Shown one piece after another: positions 12,945 to 26,225 of a stretch of DNA of 64,000 nucleotides. The first letter of the stretch is position 1, and each line of letters opens with the position of its first letter. The notes beneath the pieces are model-generated. The model saw nothing but the letters and a program-made list of their open reading frames with translations, was not told the origin of the DNA and made no database searches. The position numbers and the translations under genes were made by a program. This DNA comes from Octopus sinensis (lineage: Eukaryota), in assembly GCF_006345805.1 (NCBI RefSeq), contig NC_043002.1:72478001-72542000 (forward strand), given 5' to 3'.

Positions 12945-14560
12945 AGAAAATAGTAAAGTGTGAAAAAACACAGAAGGCTTAAATGTTAAAAAATATATAT
13001 TTGTGTCAAAATGTCTGGAGAATATTGGAAAAATTTTTTTTCCTTTCCTTAAAATGACATAATTTTTAAAATTTTTAAGAAATTACCGGTTTCGCGTGTA
13101 GCTTTTCAAATTTCTTGTGACGTTATGTTTATATTGCATGGAATTATCGTTGTTTTATTTCCAGGAGATTTCTAAATAAGGGGAGGTAGTGAGTGATTTT
13201 TTCCGGTGTAGGGGAGATAATCGCTTAAAAATTTTTTTTCCTTTTTCCTTGTTAATTTCTGTGTCAGTATGTTCGGATGGTTGAGTCTGGGTTTGTACTT
13301 TTCAATGAAGAATGTTTCCTTGTTCAGTCTCATTTGTGTTGATGATCCGAAAGCACATTGGTAAAATGGGAAGATTAAAATTGTGGCAGTAGTTGCTTTT
13401 GCGCATTTCTCAATGTGCTCACTAAAAGGTATCATTCTATATTCTGGGAATGCAATCTGTTGTCGATGCAGTGTGCATCTTCTGCGCCTGAGTGATAGTC
13501 CCGTGGAACCCACGTAGTCTTGGTGGCAGCCCGAGCATTTAATAACATAAATTATGTTTTCAGAGGCACAAGTAAAGTTAGATTTGATCTTAATTTCTGT
13601 CCCTCTTTAAAGAAGAATTCTGATCCTTCCAATAGGTAGGACATGTTGCACAGTTCGATCTACCACATTTTTTTACTTTTGCATCCGTATTTTAGAAGAC
13701 AATTTTGCCTTGTGAGAATCTTTTTAAGTGATTTAGGTGTTGTAGCTTTTATGATTTGGTGTATGTTTAGAATTTCCTTTAATTTTGGGTTTTTATGAAG
13801 TATTGGTAAATTCTGGGTGATGATGGTGAAGGCTTCTTTGTTTCTGGGGTTGTATGTAGATATAAGGTAGTATTTTCGGGGAAGGTGTGTTTGTTTGTGT
13901 TGAACTTTTCTTAAATTTTCTATGTTGATTTCTGTTGCACGTCTGATCCCATCCTCTATGAGTTGAGCTGGGTAATGTCTGTCAATTAGGGTGTTTTGAG
14001 TTCTTGCAGTCTAAAGTTCCTGGTATTTTTGTTCTGACACTATTGTGCATATCCTTCTTGCAAGGTTGAAGGGGATGTTTGTTTTTAGTGTGTCTTGGGT
14101 GGCATGAATTAAAAAGAAGGTATTGTTGGCGTCTGTGGCTTTGTAAAAAATGTCTGTTTCTATTTTAAGGTTAATTTTTTTAATTAGTATATCCAAGAAC
14201 GGGAGCTCCTTTGGTTTGTATTCCATTGTGAACTGTATATTTGGGTTTATGCTGTTCAATAGGTTTTTAAATTTTAGGAGTTTATCTTGTTTTCATTCCA
14301 GAGAATGAAACAATCGTCTAGGAATCGTTTCCAATTCTCTTTTATTATTGGAGAGGGAGTTTCCAAGATTGATAGAGATTCCTGGTAAAATGATTATTTC
14401 CATGTATCCCATTGTTAAGTTCGCAATGACTGGTGCTGCCCTTGTACCCATAGCAATTCCGGATTTTTGACGGTAAAATGTATTGTCAAACATGAAGTGG
14501 TTATTGTGTAGGATGAATTCAATTGATTTAGTAATGAATTCCTTACTGATCCTTTTTGGT
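12939..14560 (-). mobile_element. Penelope-like retroelement, 5'-truncated (RT C-terminal half, GIY-YIG, 3' terminal repeat)
   Basis: FDNTFYRQKSGIAMGTRAAPVIANL, ETDIFYKATD, CSGCHQDYVGSTG...RCTLHRQQ...EKYKPRLN. Frameshifted. Confidence 0.9.
13077..13116 (-). ncRNA. Minimal type I hammerhead ribozyme, U3:A8 core variant
   Basis: aagaaat-UUGAAAA-GC uacac GC-GAA-ACCGGU-A-auuucuu. Perfect 7-bp stem I, palindromic stem III, GUA cleavage triplet, located in the PLE 3' repeat. Confidence 0.75.
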
Positions 14561-15777
14561 ATTTTTTACAAAGCCACAGACGCCAAACATACCTTCTTTT
14601 TAATTCATGCCACCCAAGACACACTAAAACAAACACCTTCAACCTTGGGACTTGCAAGAAGGATATGCACAATATGTCAAACAATACCAGGAACTTTAGA
14701 CTGCAAAAACTCAAAAACACCCTAATTGACAGACATACCCAGCTCAACTCATAGAGGATGGGATCAGACGTGCAACAGAAATCAACATAGAAACTTTAAG
14801 AAAAGTTCCCAACACAACAACACACTTCCCCGAAATACTACCTTACATATCTACATACAACCCCAGAAACAAGAAGCCTTCACCATCATACCCAGAATTT
14901 ACCATACTTCATAAAAACCCAAAATTAAAGGAAATTTCTAAACATACACCAAATCATTAAAAGCTACAAACAGCCTAAATCACTTAAAAAGATTCTCACA
15001 AAGGCAAAATTGTCTTCTAAAATTACGGATGCAAAAGTAAAAAAATGTGGTAGATCGAACTGTGTCAACATGTCCTAACCTATTGGAAGGATCAGAATTC
15101 TTCTTTAAAGAGGGACAGAAATTTAAGATCAAATCTAACTTACTTGTGCCTCTGAAAACATAATTTATGTTATTAAATGCTCGGGCTGCCACCAAGACTA
15201 CGTGGGTCCACGGGACTATCACTCAGCGCAGATGCACACTGCATCGACAACAGATTGCATTCCCAGAATATAGAATGATACTTTTAGTGAGCACATTGAG
15301 AAATGCGCAAACACTACTGCCACAATTTTTAATCTTCCCATTTTACCAATGTGCTTTTTCGGATCATCAACACAAATGAGACTGAACAAGGAACATTCTT
15401 CATTGAAAAGTACAAACCCAGACTCAACCCCGAACATACTGACACAGATGAAATTAACAAGGAAAAGGAAAAAAAATTTTTAAGCGATTATCTCCCCTAC
15501 ACCGGAAAAAATCACTCACTACCTCCCCTTATTTAGAAATCTCCTGGAAATAAAAACAACGATAATTCCATGCAATATAAACATAACGTCACAAGAATTT
15601 GAAAAGCTACACGCGAAACCGGTAATTTCGTTAAAAATTTTAAAAATTATGTCATTTTAAGGAAAGGAAAAAAAATTTTTCCAATATTCTCCCCAGACAT
15701 TTTGACACAAATATATATATTTTTTAACATTTAAGCCTTCTGTCGTTTTTTCACACTTTACTATTTTTCTTATATAT
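14561..15777 (+). mobile_element. Inverted copy of the 3' 1.2 kb of the same PLE
   Basis: Reverse complement of 12939-14151, differing mainly by 1-bp indels. Confidence 0.9.
15593..15632 (+). ncRNA. Minimal type I hammerhead ribozyme, U3:A8 variant (inverted copy)
   Basis: Same core as 13077-13116, with stem I weakened by 1-nt indels. Confidence 0.65.
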
Positions 15778-15811
15778 TCACCACGTGCTTTACAAACAAA
15801 CAAACTTCTTA

Positions 15812-15852
<41 letters not shown>

Positions 15853-15895
15853 ACTACACATTCCTTATTTTCTCTCTTTGTTTCTTTCTGTGTTC

Positions 15896-15931
15896 CTTTC
15901 TGTGGAAGAGCGTAGGCTCGAAACGTTAAAG
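15896..15931 (+). ncRNA. Minimal hammerhead motif with atypical core CUGUGGA
   Basis: cuuu-CUGUGGA-A-GAGC guag GCUC-GAA-ACGU-U-aaag. Confidence 0.55.
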
Positions 15932-17597
15932 TATTTTTCACTTCCCGAGCGTTATATTAATATATCTGTTAGTCGTCTACACCACCTGACTTCGTTTTTT
16001 GTGTTTTTATTCTCCCTATATATAAATATATATATATACATGCAAACACACACACACACACATATATATAATATATATGTGTGTGGTGTTTGTGTGTGTG
16101 TGTGGTGGTGTGTGTGTGCGTGTGTGTTGTGTGTGTTTGCATGTTATATATATATATATATTATAATATATATATATATATATATATACATATATAGGTT
16201 ATGCGTGCCTGTGTATGTATGTGTGTTTTGTGCGCGTGTGTACTGAAATAATCTTAAAACTTCAAAGTCCATATCACAATATTAGAACAAACTCTGCGTG
16301 AGCCTTGAAGACACTGTTCATGTGTGCCGTGACGTGACATCTTTCTTCTCGCTTGAGACACTCTGTGGGGAATCACAGACACACTGGTTCACCAGCCAGG
16401 ACTCACTGCAAATCCACACACAGTCGATATTTGCCTGTATGTTATCAGCTACTTGTTGAATCCCTCATGCAGAGAGCGTTGACAGAAGCTGTACTTTCTA
16501 ACATTTCTTCATATATTTGCATAATTTCTTCATATAATTGTTTTCCTGGGTTTTTTTTTTTTTTTTTGGCTATGGGTTTTTGTCTTTGCTGTTCATGTTT
16601 TAATTGTTACTGCTGTTGCTGTCCTCGTTGTTGTTGTTGTTGTTGCTACTACTGCTCTTGGTTGGGGGTGGGAGGGGCCAGCGTCGGTGGCGGAAGAGGA
16701 GGCGATAGAGGTGGTGGAGGCGGGGGAGGCGGTGGGGGAGGCGCAGGTGGTGGAGGCGGCGCAGGCGATGGAGGCGGCGCAGGCGGTGGAGGCGGAGAAC
16801 GCGCCAGCGGAATATATGCGAAACGTATATATATATATATAATATTTGGTTTCCATATCCATTGGTGTCTCATCAAACGTTCTGGCCATCAGCGTTCACG
16901 ATCGTTGCAAGCTTTCTTCTTCCTCTTCTTCGTCTCTGTCGCTTTTAGTCATAGACCCTTCTCGTCTTCTTTCTTTAAAGAACCCGAAGATAGAAATTTG
17001 GAGTTGGAAAAAAAAGGAAAAGGTATGTACATGCCAACGTTTTTGACGATTGTGTTCGCATCTTTCGATATCCTTTTGTTTGTCGGTAGCTCTCGTGTAG
17101 TCGGTTCCTCACAGTGCTGCTGCTTTATTTGAGATCATTGCTGCAGTCATTATTTTCTCCTCTACCGGTCATGGAAATACGGGTTCCACTGTCTGTTGCT
17201 GTTGCAATTTTTGTAACGGGTGTTCCTGCGACAAGTGGTCGCGCATTTTTCACCTTCACTACAAAACAGAGACCACACAGTTAGTTTGCGCAGCCCCAGT
17301 TTCTTTCTTCTCTTTCTTTTTCTTTTTGAACCACTAACTTTCCACCGTCTCGCTAACTTATCTTCTACTCTTGAGGCAATTACGACCAGGGATCCTCGCC
17401 AGGCTTGCAGATATTATCAGTAGCGGTAACTCAAGAGGTGACATACTACTAGTGAACACTTCACCGATGAAGCAGATCTGGTCATCGCCACTGCTGAAAA
17501 GAGATGGAAGATGTTCTAGTAAGATACTCTAGTAAGATACTCTAATACCTTCTAAGTGGAAGAGATAAAATTGATGAATAATATCTTAAAAGTAGTA

Positions 17598-18139
17598 TTG
17601 GGTTGTCCGGAAAGTTCGTGCCGATACATAGCAGCTCACATTTCGACTTATTTTAGAACATGGTTGAGTCCATAAAATAGAATTTGACTACACATCCATT
17701 TAGAGCACAGCTTAAGCTATCTTTTCGTGGAAGAAGGTTTATGTTCCTATAACCTGTGTTAATTCTGTAACCCTTTAAAATGGAAGATAAGAAAGTTAAT
17801 TTTCGGCACTTGATGCTTTGGGAACCAGGCAAAAATTGCTGCAGCTCGGCTGGGATGTGTTACTCCACCCTCCATATTCCCCAGATATTGCTCCTTCGGA
17901 TTTACACTTATTCAGGTCTCTGCAGAATAGTCTTAATGTCAAAAATTTCAATTCCTTGGATGACGTAAAAGATACCTTGATGAATTCTTTGCCATGAAAC
18001 GACCTCGATTCTCGGAAGAGGGTATTTTCAGGTTAAAGGAAAAATGGAGACGCATTGTGCAACAAAATGGTTCAAAATGTAATGGCAAGTATTTATTGAC
18101 CTTTTTCTTTCCTTTAAAAATTGGCACGAACTTTCCGGA
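17598..18139 (+). mobile_element. Internally deleted mariner (non-autonomous), right TIR truncated
   Basis: TA then TIR TTGGGTTGTCCGGAAAGTTCGTGCC. MEDKKVNFRHLMLW joined to a C-terminal fragment with the YSPDIAPSD-like motif. Confidence 0.9.
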
Positions 18140-18874
18140 AAATTATAGCACAACTAATTAGTAAGATAATTAGCTTAGATGAAATGCAGTCCTGGTTTAT
18201 GGCATGATGGAATGTAGTGATACGACTACGAGAGGCTTTTGACTGGATACTAGAAAAAGGTTACTAGAAATGATACGTTTCTCGAAGTCGAAGATTACTA
18301 GAAATTTAACAGAAATAGAGTACCATAAATAGATTAACAGAAAAAGTAAGATTATCAGAAATATCAGATTACCAGAAATAGCATATTCCCAGAACTAGTT
18401 GCTCACCAGAAATATATAACGAGAAACAGAGTCGTAATTAACAGGTAAATAGTGAGCATGTCCACGCCTACTTACATAGATTCACGACGCTTAGATTGAG
18501 AAGTTATTTTAGCGGATATAATCGATATGTGATTCGACTATCTTCAAGAACTTGTTGCTCTTTTTCACTCTCAAATGTATGATATACATCTAATAACATT
18601 TTACAATGGATTCATGCAACGGTAGCCATTTTACAGAAGAAGGGTGGAATTTGTTTAAAGATTAATCGATGTTATCGACGAAAAAAACTGAATGAAGGGT
18701 ACTTTATGGTCCCAATGGCTGAAATATTCAAATTATCATAGAGACGGTTCACTACTTACAAAATTTTATCAGCGCAACGTAAACCCGTAATTCAGTCGGA
18801 GGCGAAATTATTGAATTGACAATGGCTTAGCAAAACAATACGAAATGTATTATTATGTCATAGCTTAATGTTAG

Positions 18875-19085
18875 GCGGTGAACTGGCAGAATTATTAACA
18901 TGCCGGGTAAAATGCTTCTCGGCATTTCGTTAGTATTCAAGTTCTGAGTTCAAATTCTGCAGAAGTCGACTCTGCCTTTTATCCTTTCGGGCTCAGTAAA
19001 TAAGTACCAGCTGAATACTGGGGCTGATATAATCGACTTATCCCGCTCCCCTAAATTGATGGCCTTGTGCCAAAATTTGAAACCA
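18875..19085 (+). mobile_element. SINE family B
   Basis: ggcggtgaactggcagaa...gagttcaaattctgc...aataagtaccag...aaattgatggccttgtgcc. Confidence 0.75.
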
Positions 19086-19824
19086 CTTTTATAGTTTAGC
19101 ACTAGGTCAGCTCTAATCAAGCATATAATGGTCAAGAGCGCTCAAGTTGCGACTATCTCGTTGCTTCATATATTTAAGGATATCATGGCCAAGTCTTTCC
19201 TCTTTATTTTAAGATGGCCGACTATGATTCGTCTGTTGGAAACGAAAGCAAAAATATTTGAAAATATTTGAAGGAGGCCCGAGAAAAACGTGTCTGGAGA
19301 TGTACAGAGTGTGTTTCCCGTAGTAACCGGTTATTGCGCTTTTGCAACGTGATCAATGCCATTGTTCATGTTCACGGTGTAAAACAGGATATTGAAACGT
19401 AAATCTCACCACAGTGTGCATCTTTAATTAACAAGAAGATTAATAAAGGCAACGTCACTTTGAAGCAAAGATCAGCCTTTCCTTTAAAACTACCTTTAGT
19501 CTTATGGATATAAATAAGCATGTAGTTTATTTAATGTCAGTCATAAAATTGAAAAGCCAGACATACCCGATTTCAAACTTTGTGAAGATGCCACTTAGTT
19601 CTCATCAGCAAGTCTTGTACGAAGGCTTAGAATTTCTGCTCATTCCTCTGATTTCAATTAATAAGTATCAGCGAAAATTTGTGGTTATAGTCGCCTTCTG
19701 ACTACTATTTTTAGCGTGGTGGTGCTATTTGTGGCACCCTTAATTATTAATTAATAATTTTTCCCCTAATGGGATATTATAAACAATAATATCCTCATAT
19801 ATATTTTTATTATATATATATTAA

Positions 19825-19868
<44 letters not shown>

Positions 19869-19929
19869 CATACATACATACATACATACATACATACATA
19901 CATACATACATACATCCCCCCTTAAGGTG

Positions 19930-21235
19930 ATACCAACGTAATTTTTATTCCAACAATCCACTTAACAACCACGCACAATAAACCCATACCACAGAAAATA
20001 ATTACTAACGACGGCCCTCTAAAGCACCACATCCAAACATGGGGTATAGGGACACACTTTTCAATCCCCATCCAAGGACCCGCACCATAAATCACTACAA
20101 CAAGGCACCCCACAACAACAGGAGATAACTACATAACAGCTACCATCCCTCAATCATTTTTTAGACCCAGTACGCAAACACAAGGACACGAGATAACATC
20201 ACACAGACAGGCGTAAACCAAAAGTAATAAAAGTCATCAATCTAACCCACAAAGATATAACACCAACCAAATCGAACCAAAGGGCTCAAATTTACAACCA
20301 CCAACCCCGCAACGCCCCAACTACAACGAAATGAAAGAAGACGTTGCGGAATTCTGTAGAAAATTATGACTCACCGACAAATACAATGAGGACGAATCCT
20401 TAGTCCGAAATAAAAGTAACTACACCCCATTCTTGACCATTTCTGTGAACACATCACGAATTACCCATATCAACATATATACAAACAAAAATTCAAGCCA
20501 AACTCCAGCAAAAAAGAACGGACTGTGCTGAACAGATTAAACAATAACAATCAAAGAGAATGATAAAGGGAGTGCAGTAGCCTTATTGGACACGGTATAT
20601 TATATAACCCTAGTATTATCCATATTAGAAGACACAACATATTATGAAAATTACAACACTACACTCAGCAGAAAATAATGAGAAGCCTAGACCTATACAG
20701 AGTAGGGCTCACCGACAAGGAATACGACTATATTACTAACTTCAATAGTAAATCCAATCAATTCTACGGTATTTCTAAGATACACAAAAGTAAAAAATAA
20801 GTAACGCATGCAGGAGGGCTACAGACATAATAGTCAAGGTACCTCAAACTAAGACCCATAATAGCAGGCCCCGCATGCGAAACTTTTTAGACACCCTCTT
20901 AAAACCATTCCTTAAGCATATCAAAAGCTACATAAGCGACGACCTAGATAAGTTCAATCATCTCCCTGAAACAATAAATAAAAACACCCCAGTAGTAGCC
21001 TTTGATGTAGTCAACCTCTATTCCAATATCCCCAACAGCCTAGGAATAGAGGCAATCCAATACTGGCTAGAGAATTACTCCAATCAACGCCCACACCGTA
21101 TCAAAAAAGAATTTGTAATAGAAGGGCCAAAATTCATCTTGGAGAATAACTTCGTATTTAATAACAAATTCTATCGACAATATCGGTGACTGCGATGGGC
21201 ACGCGAATGGCCCCCCTCCTTTGCTAACTTAGTCT
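19930..21235 (+). pseudogene. Decayed PLE reverse transcriptase (N-terminal and core)
   Basis: IRENDKGSAV, FYGISKIHKS, LRPIIAGP, AFDVVNLYSNIP, AMGTRMAP motifs with stops. Confidence 0.85.
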
Positions 21236-21480
21236 CCAATTTAATTGTTTTTTTTTAATTTTACTCTTAGTTGCAAAAGTCTGAAAGACATATAATTTTT
21301 ATTTTATTCAACATATTGCCTTCTCAGATTCACACACTTATTGCAGCGGTCCTTCGGTTTTTTTAAACCTTATAAAATAATTCGGAAGTTTGGGCCTCCA
21401 ACCAGTCCTTTCGTAACACCTTTAAAACCAGGCACTTTTCAATATTTCCCGGTATACATATATACACACATACATACATA

Positions 21481-21733
21481 CAAGTTCGGGTTTATACCCG
21501 TAATTATTGGGGCTCTGGGTCATGTAACACACTGCCTAGATACCAATCTTGAGAAATCAGGCTTCTCAAAACCAGAAAGGAGAAAGCTAATTTGAAGACT
21601 ACAGATCCAATCTATCACTGGAACTGTAAAAATCTGTAAAAGTTTCCAGAAGTTTATCATTTAAATATATACAGATATGTCTAGATATGCAAATAAAGCG
21701 TGAGAATATATACATAAACCATACAAATCTGCA
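21481..21733 (+). mobile_element. 3' end of an RLE-type (R4/Dong-like) LINE
   Basis: FIPVIIGALGHV...SITGTVKICKSFQKFII*, short 3' UTR, flanked on both sides by (ACAT)n. Confidence 0.7.
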
Positions 21734-22437
21734 CACATACATACATACATACATACATACATACATACATACATACATACATACATACATACATACATAC
21801 ATGCGTACATACATGCATACATACATATATACATATATACATACATACATGCATGCATGCATGCATGCATACATACAAACATACATACATACATACATAT
21901 TTACATGCATACATACATACATACATACATACATACATACATACATACCCTGTTGTTGATGTTGAAATTCCAACGAATAGCTTTGGATATAGGTTAGAAA
22001 CTGACTCTTTATTGGCAAATCTTGAACTAAAACTGAATAATGACATACATGCATACATACTTAAACCATTTTGGAGCTGTAAGTATTTAAGAACAGTTCG
22101 ATCAAAGGGATTGTCTCAATGTGGTTTATACAAGAAATGAATGGCGGAATTTATTTATCTTCGAGCGTTTAGTAGTAACTTTGCGAGTAAAAGACAATAA
22201 TACAAATGTATAGGTAATATTTATATATATGTGTGCGCGTGCGCACACACACACACACACACAAATACAAGACAGGCTTCTTTCAGTTTCCATCTGCCAA
22301 ATCGACTCACAACGATTATATATATAATATATATATATATATAGGGGGGGGGAGAATGCACAAAAAACAAAAGACGATGACAGGTGGTGTAGACAACAAA
22401 CAGATGTATTAGTATAACACTCGGGAATTGAAAAAGT

Positions 22438-22473
22438 CTTTAACGTTTCGAGCGTACGCTCTTCCACGGAAAG
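22438..22473 (-). ncRNA. Minimal hammerhead motif with atypical core CCGUGGA
   Basis: cuuu-CCGUGGA-A-GAGC guac GCUC-GAA-ACGU-U-aaag, inside a ~180-bp module homologous to 15860-16017. Confidence 0.5.
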
Positions 22474-22736
22474 GAACACAGAAAGAAACAAGGAGAGAAA
22501 ATAAAGAATGTGTTAGTGGCTAGCGATCTATTATGGCGATCTATCATGACTGTGGCCATGCTGAAGCACCGCCCTTATATATATATACAATTTTGGGGGA
22601 TTAACCGATATGCAGATATTCTATTTTACATAATACAAAAATAAGCTAATGAGTATATATTACAGTAAACTCATAGTATCAGTTTGCACATCGCTGTTAT
22701 ATATATATATATATATTATATATATATATATATATA

Positions 22737-22778
<42 letters not shown>

Positions 22779-23340
22779 TATATACATATACATAGTAGTC
22801 CATTGGCTGTTAAGCAGCGATGTGTGGAGGCTGATTTTGTAGGGTTAATATTGGTTACTACATTTTGTTGGACAGAATTCAAATGCTTTTGCTGTGTAAC
22901 GATGAGTACATCATTTATAGCACTTTCATGTATATACAAACATGGAAAGGCGCTCGCTGTTAAATCACTATACGTACTTGAAACAGTTGAGATCAAAATA
23001 ACGATGTGTAATATCATTTATCATACATTTGTGTGTTCACGAACGCGTTATAAATCACGCGCGCAACGTTATTTTGATGCCTACTCTTTCAAGGGCATAT
23101 GCTGTTTTTGAAGTGTGTTTATTTCTTCCGAAAGCAGTTACTGGACTTAATATTTTAACTATTATGAGGGTGTAAGATTGCTAGGAGAGAATTCATTTAA
23201 ATTGCTTGATATGGTAGGATGATATATGTATATCCATACATGTAAGCATGGATGTATAAACTCACCGCACACACTCGCATACATCTATACATACATTCTC
23301 TGACGCACACATAAGTGCTCAAACGTCTGAGTGTGCATAT

Positions 23341-23414
<74 letters not shown>

Positions 23415-23574
23415 GTCTGTCTGCCTATCTATAGATAGATAGATAGATAGATAGATACACGCCTGAAGAATTTTGACATTAATCTAGAACCCAAAAATGT
23501 AGATAGCTCAAAGCCCTGATTGAGTGCTACATCGGAAATACTCTTTCTTTCTACTCTACCAGAACCTCAAATAT

Positions 23575-23632
<58 letters not shown>

Positions 23633-23782
23633 GTAAATCTTTTCTACTAAAGGTACAATAGGGAGGGGTTAAGTCGATTACATCGATCCCAAATATATAT
23701 ATATATATATATAATGCGGCAACAGCATATAATATATATATATATATATATACATACATACACACATACATACATACATACA

Positions 23783-23863
<81 letters not shown>

Positions 23864-24744
23864 ATATATATAAACAAAGCATTCAAACACTGAGATTTGA
23901 AATCAGATGTCACTACTGTTCATATCATCTGTGAATAAATTTTTAAATTGATGATATCACCAGCAGTAGCATAGGCGGATCGCAATAGCATTAAATAGCT
24001 ATGAATTATAATTCGTACGAAGCGTAAGGATGCTTAACAAGCATCCACCTGCTAGAAATAAGAGCTAAAGTCTTAAATTCATCCACCGTATCGCACCAAG
24101 ATAACAGAGAAAAACAGTATATATATAGTATATATAAAAAACAGTATATATAAAGTAGTAAAAACAGTATATATAAAGCAGCACGAATATGTCTTTTCAG
24201 TCTGTTTGGCATCAACACTTTCTTGGTGTTCAGAGAAGCTTGCCACCCATATTAACATATGCCTTCATTCCGCCATGTAATTTTTCAATGATTTTTTTTT
24301 CTATTTGTATTTTCTCGGCTACAACACGCTATAGCACGCAACACATAATACAAATGTTAAAAATCAAGCGATGCCTGTGTCTGAAGCTTCTTAAAGTGAA
24401 GAAAGGCCTTGCACAGGGCCAAACACGACCTCTAAACAACGTATGCTTTTGCTCGAAAAAAAACTGATCTACATCATTGGATGCAAACGAAGTCGCAGAT
24501 GTGACACCAGAATTTTCTTTCTATAAAAATGTCTATACAAAGATCGTAGGATGGCTGTTGGCTCTACTGAGTTCATCTGTCCTTTGATGGTTGTGCTCAT
24601 GTTACCTGTAGCACACACATATAATATATATATATTATATGATATATGATATGATATGATATGATATGTATGGATCTGCAGTTACTGTAAAGAAAGAATT
24701 CTTCCTTATGGCAAAATATATAAAAACACTGTATCTGCCCAGTG

Positions 24745-25765
24745 GTGTCCTCTAGCGATTCCCAGACGCGCGTTTTCGGCTCTTTAGCCTTCCTCAATGA
24801 GAAATACCGAAGATAGACAACCCTGGGCAGATTCAAAGCCGTAGCTTTAATTAAAAGGCAATCACCTTCAGTGAAAGAGATGCGCTTGTGGACCACCAGG
24901 TCGGAATAAAAATAGCAGTAGCGCCAGACAGTGATTAGGAACAAACGAATTTTAAGTTAGTCAAAATATATGTTTGTGATATATTCTAAATTCTAAAGGC
25001 AAATTCACTGCAGTTAACGTGGAGAAAAAATTCTATCTTGTGGTAAAAACTGCTACAACACCATATCTGCTCAGTGTTTCCCTCTAGCGGATTCCTAGAC
25101 GCGCGTTTCTGACTCTCTAGCCTTCCTCAATGGGAACTACCGAAGAGAGATAACCCTAGGCGGATTCAAAGTCGTAGCTTTAACAAAAAAAGCAGTCAAC
25201 ATCAGTAACTGAGTTGCGTTAGAGGACCGCCTGGTTGGAATAAAAATAGCAGTATCAGCGCCAAGCACTAATAAGGAATAAACGAGCTTTAGTGCAGCTC
25301 AGTCACCGATATCGGCTACTAGGGTAACTGCAATGAATTGACTTCGGAAGTTAGAATATGTCACAAATGTATTTTAACAAACCTAAAGTTCGTTTATTCC
25401 TCAGGTACATCCTCTATTCGGTTCTATCAGAAGCAGCCGCCATTACACATTTCTACCGAATTGCCAAACGAGACTAACTGAGGCTATGGATATTATCCAA
25501 CCATCACGGTCGTGGTCTGCCCCTAGATATTCCGCCGTTTGGCTCAGCTTGAAGAATCTGTTTTCGATCCTTTCCCGTAACATTCAAGTTACCTGTTCGT
25601 AGTATGGAGGCAGTGATCTCTCAATTCAGAGAAATAACGGCTCGACCTGGAAAGGCATCTTGATCTCCAAGCTACGCACCCTATCGAGAAACGTTACTCC
25701 AGAGATCTTCCGAAGGGACTCCGGTTCAGTTACTTGTTTTCGAAATTGTACCCTTTCGATCACAA
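24745..25765 (-). mobile_element. RTE-like LINE 3' relic with a second diverged 3' UTR copy
   Basis: LRKISGVTFLDRVRSLEI...RGRPRP*WLDNI at about 25765-25490. Homologous ~200-bp UTR blocks at about 24745-24950 and 25070-25290. Confidence 0.7.
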
Positions 25766-25913
25766 CCAAAAATCTATAACTATATGTTTCTTTTTGCGAA
25801 AACACGAACCCTTTGCCCCAAATTCGCTTCCAGCACCCGAGAATCTGGAACCGTCAAATCCTAAGATGATGTCGTAGCTTATTTTATCAACAAAGAAAAA
25901 TAGCTTAAATACA

Positions 25914-26225
25914 GACGCAAGATGGTTGCGTGGTAAGAAGCTTGCTTCCCAATCACATGGCTCCGGGTTCAGTCCCACTGAGTAGCACTTTGAGCAAGTG
26001 TCTTCTTCTATAGCCTCGGGCCAATAACACCGGTGTTTGTTCCCCACCACCGCTTGACAACCGGGGCTGGTATGTTTACGTTCCCATAACTTTGCAGTTC
26101 AACAAAAATGGGACGATATGATAAGCACCAAACTTTTTAAAGATTAGTGAAATCGATTCGCTCGACAGTGCATCAGCATGACCGCAGTCTAATGACTGAA
26201 GCAAATAAAAGATAATAGATAAAAG
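25914..26225 (+). mobile_element. SINE family A, diverged
   Basis: gtggtaagaagcttgcttcccaatcacatggctccgggttcagtccc...aatgactgaagcaaataaaag. Confidence 0.75.

Noticed and set aside
16353-17132. 259-aa plus-strand ORF with poly-Gly and poly-Cys
   Set aside because: Built from trinucleotide, poly-T and (TA)n repeats, starts at TTG, and has no recognisable domain.
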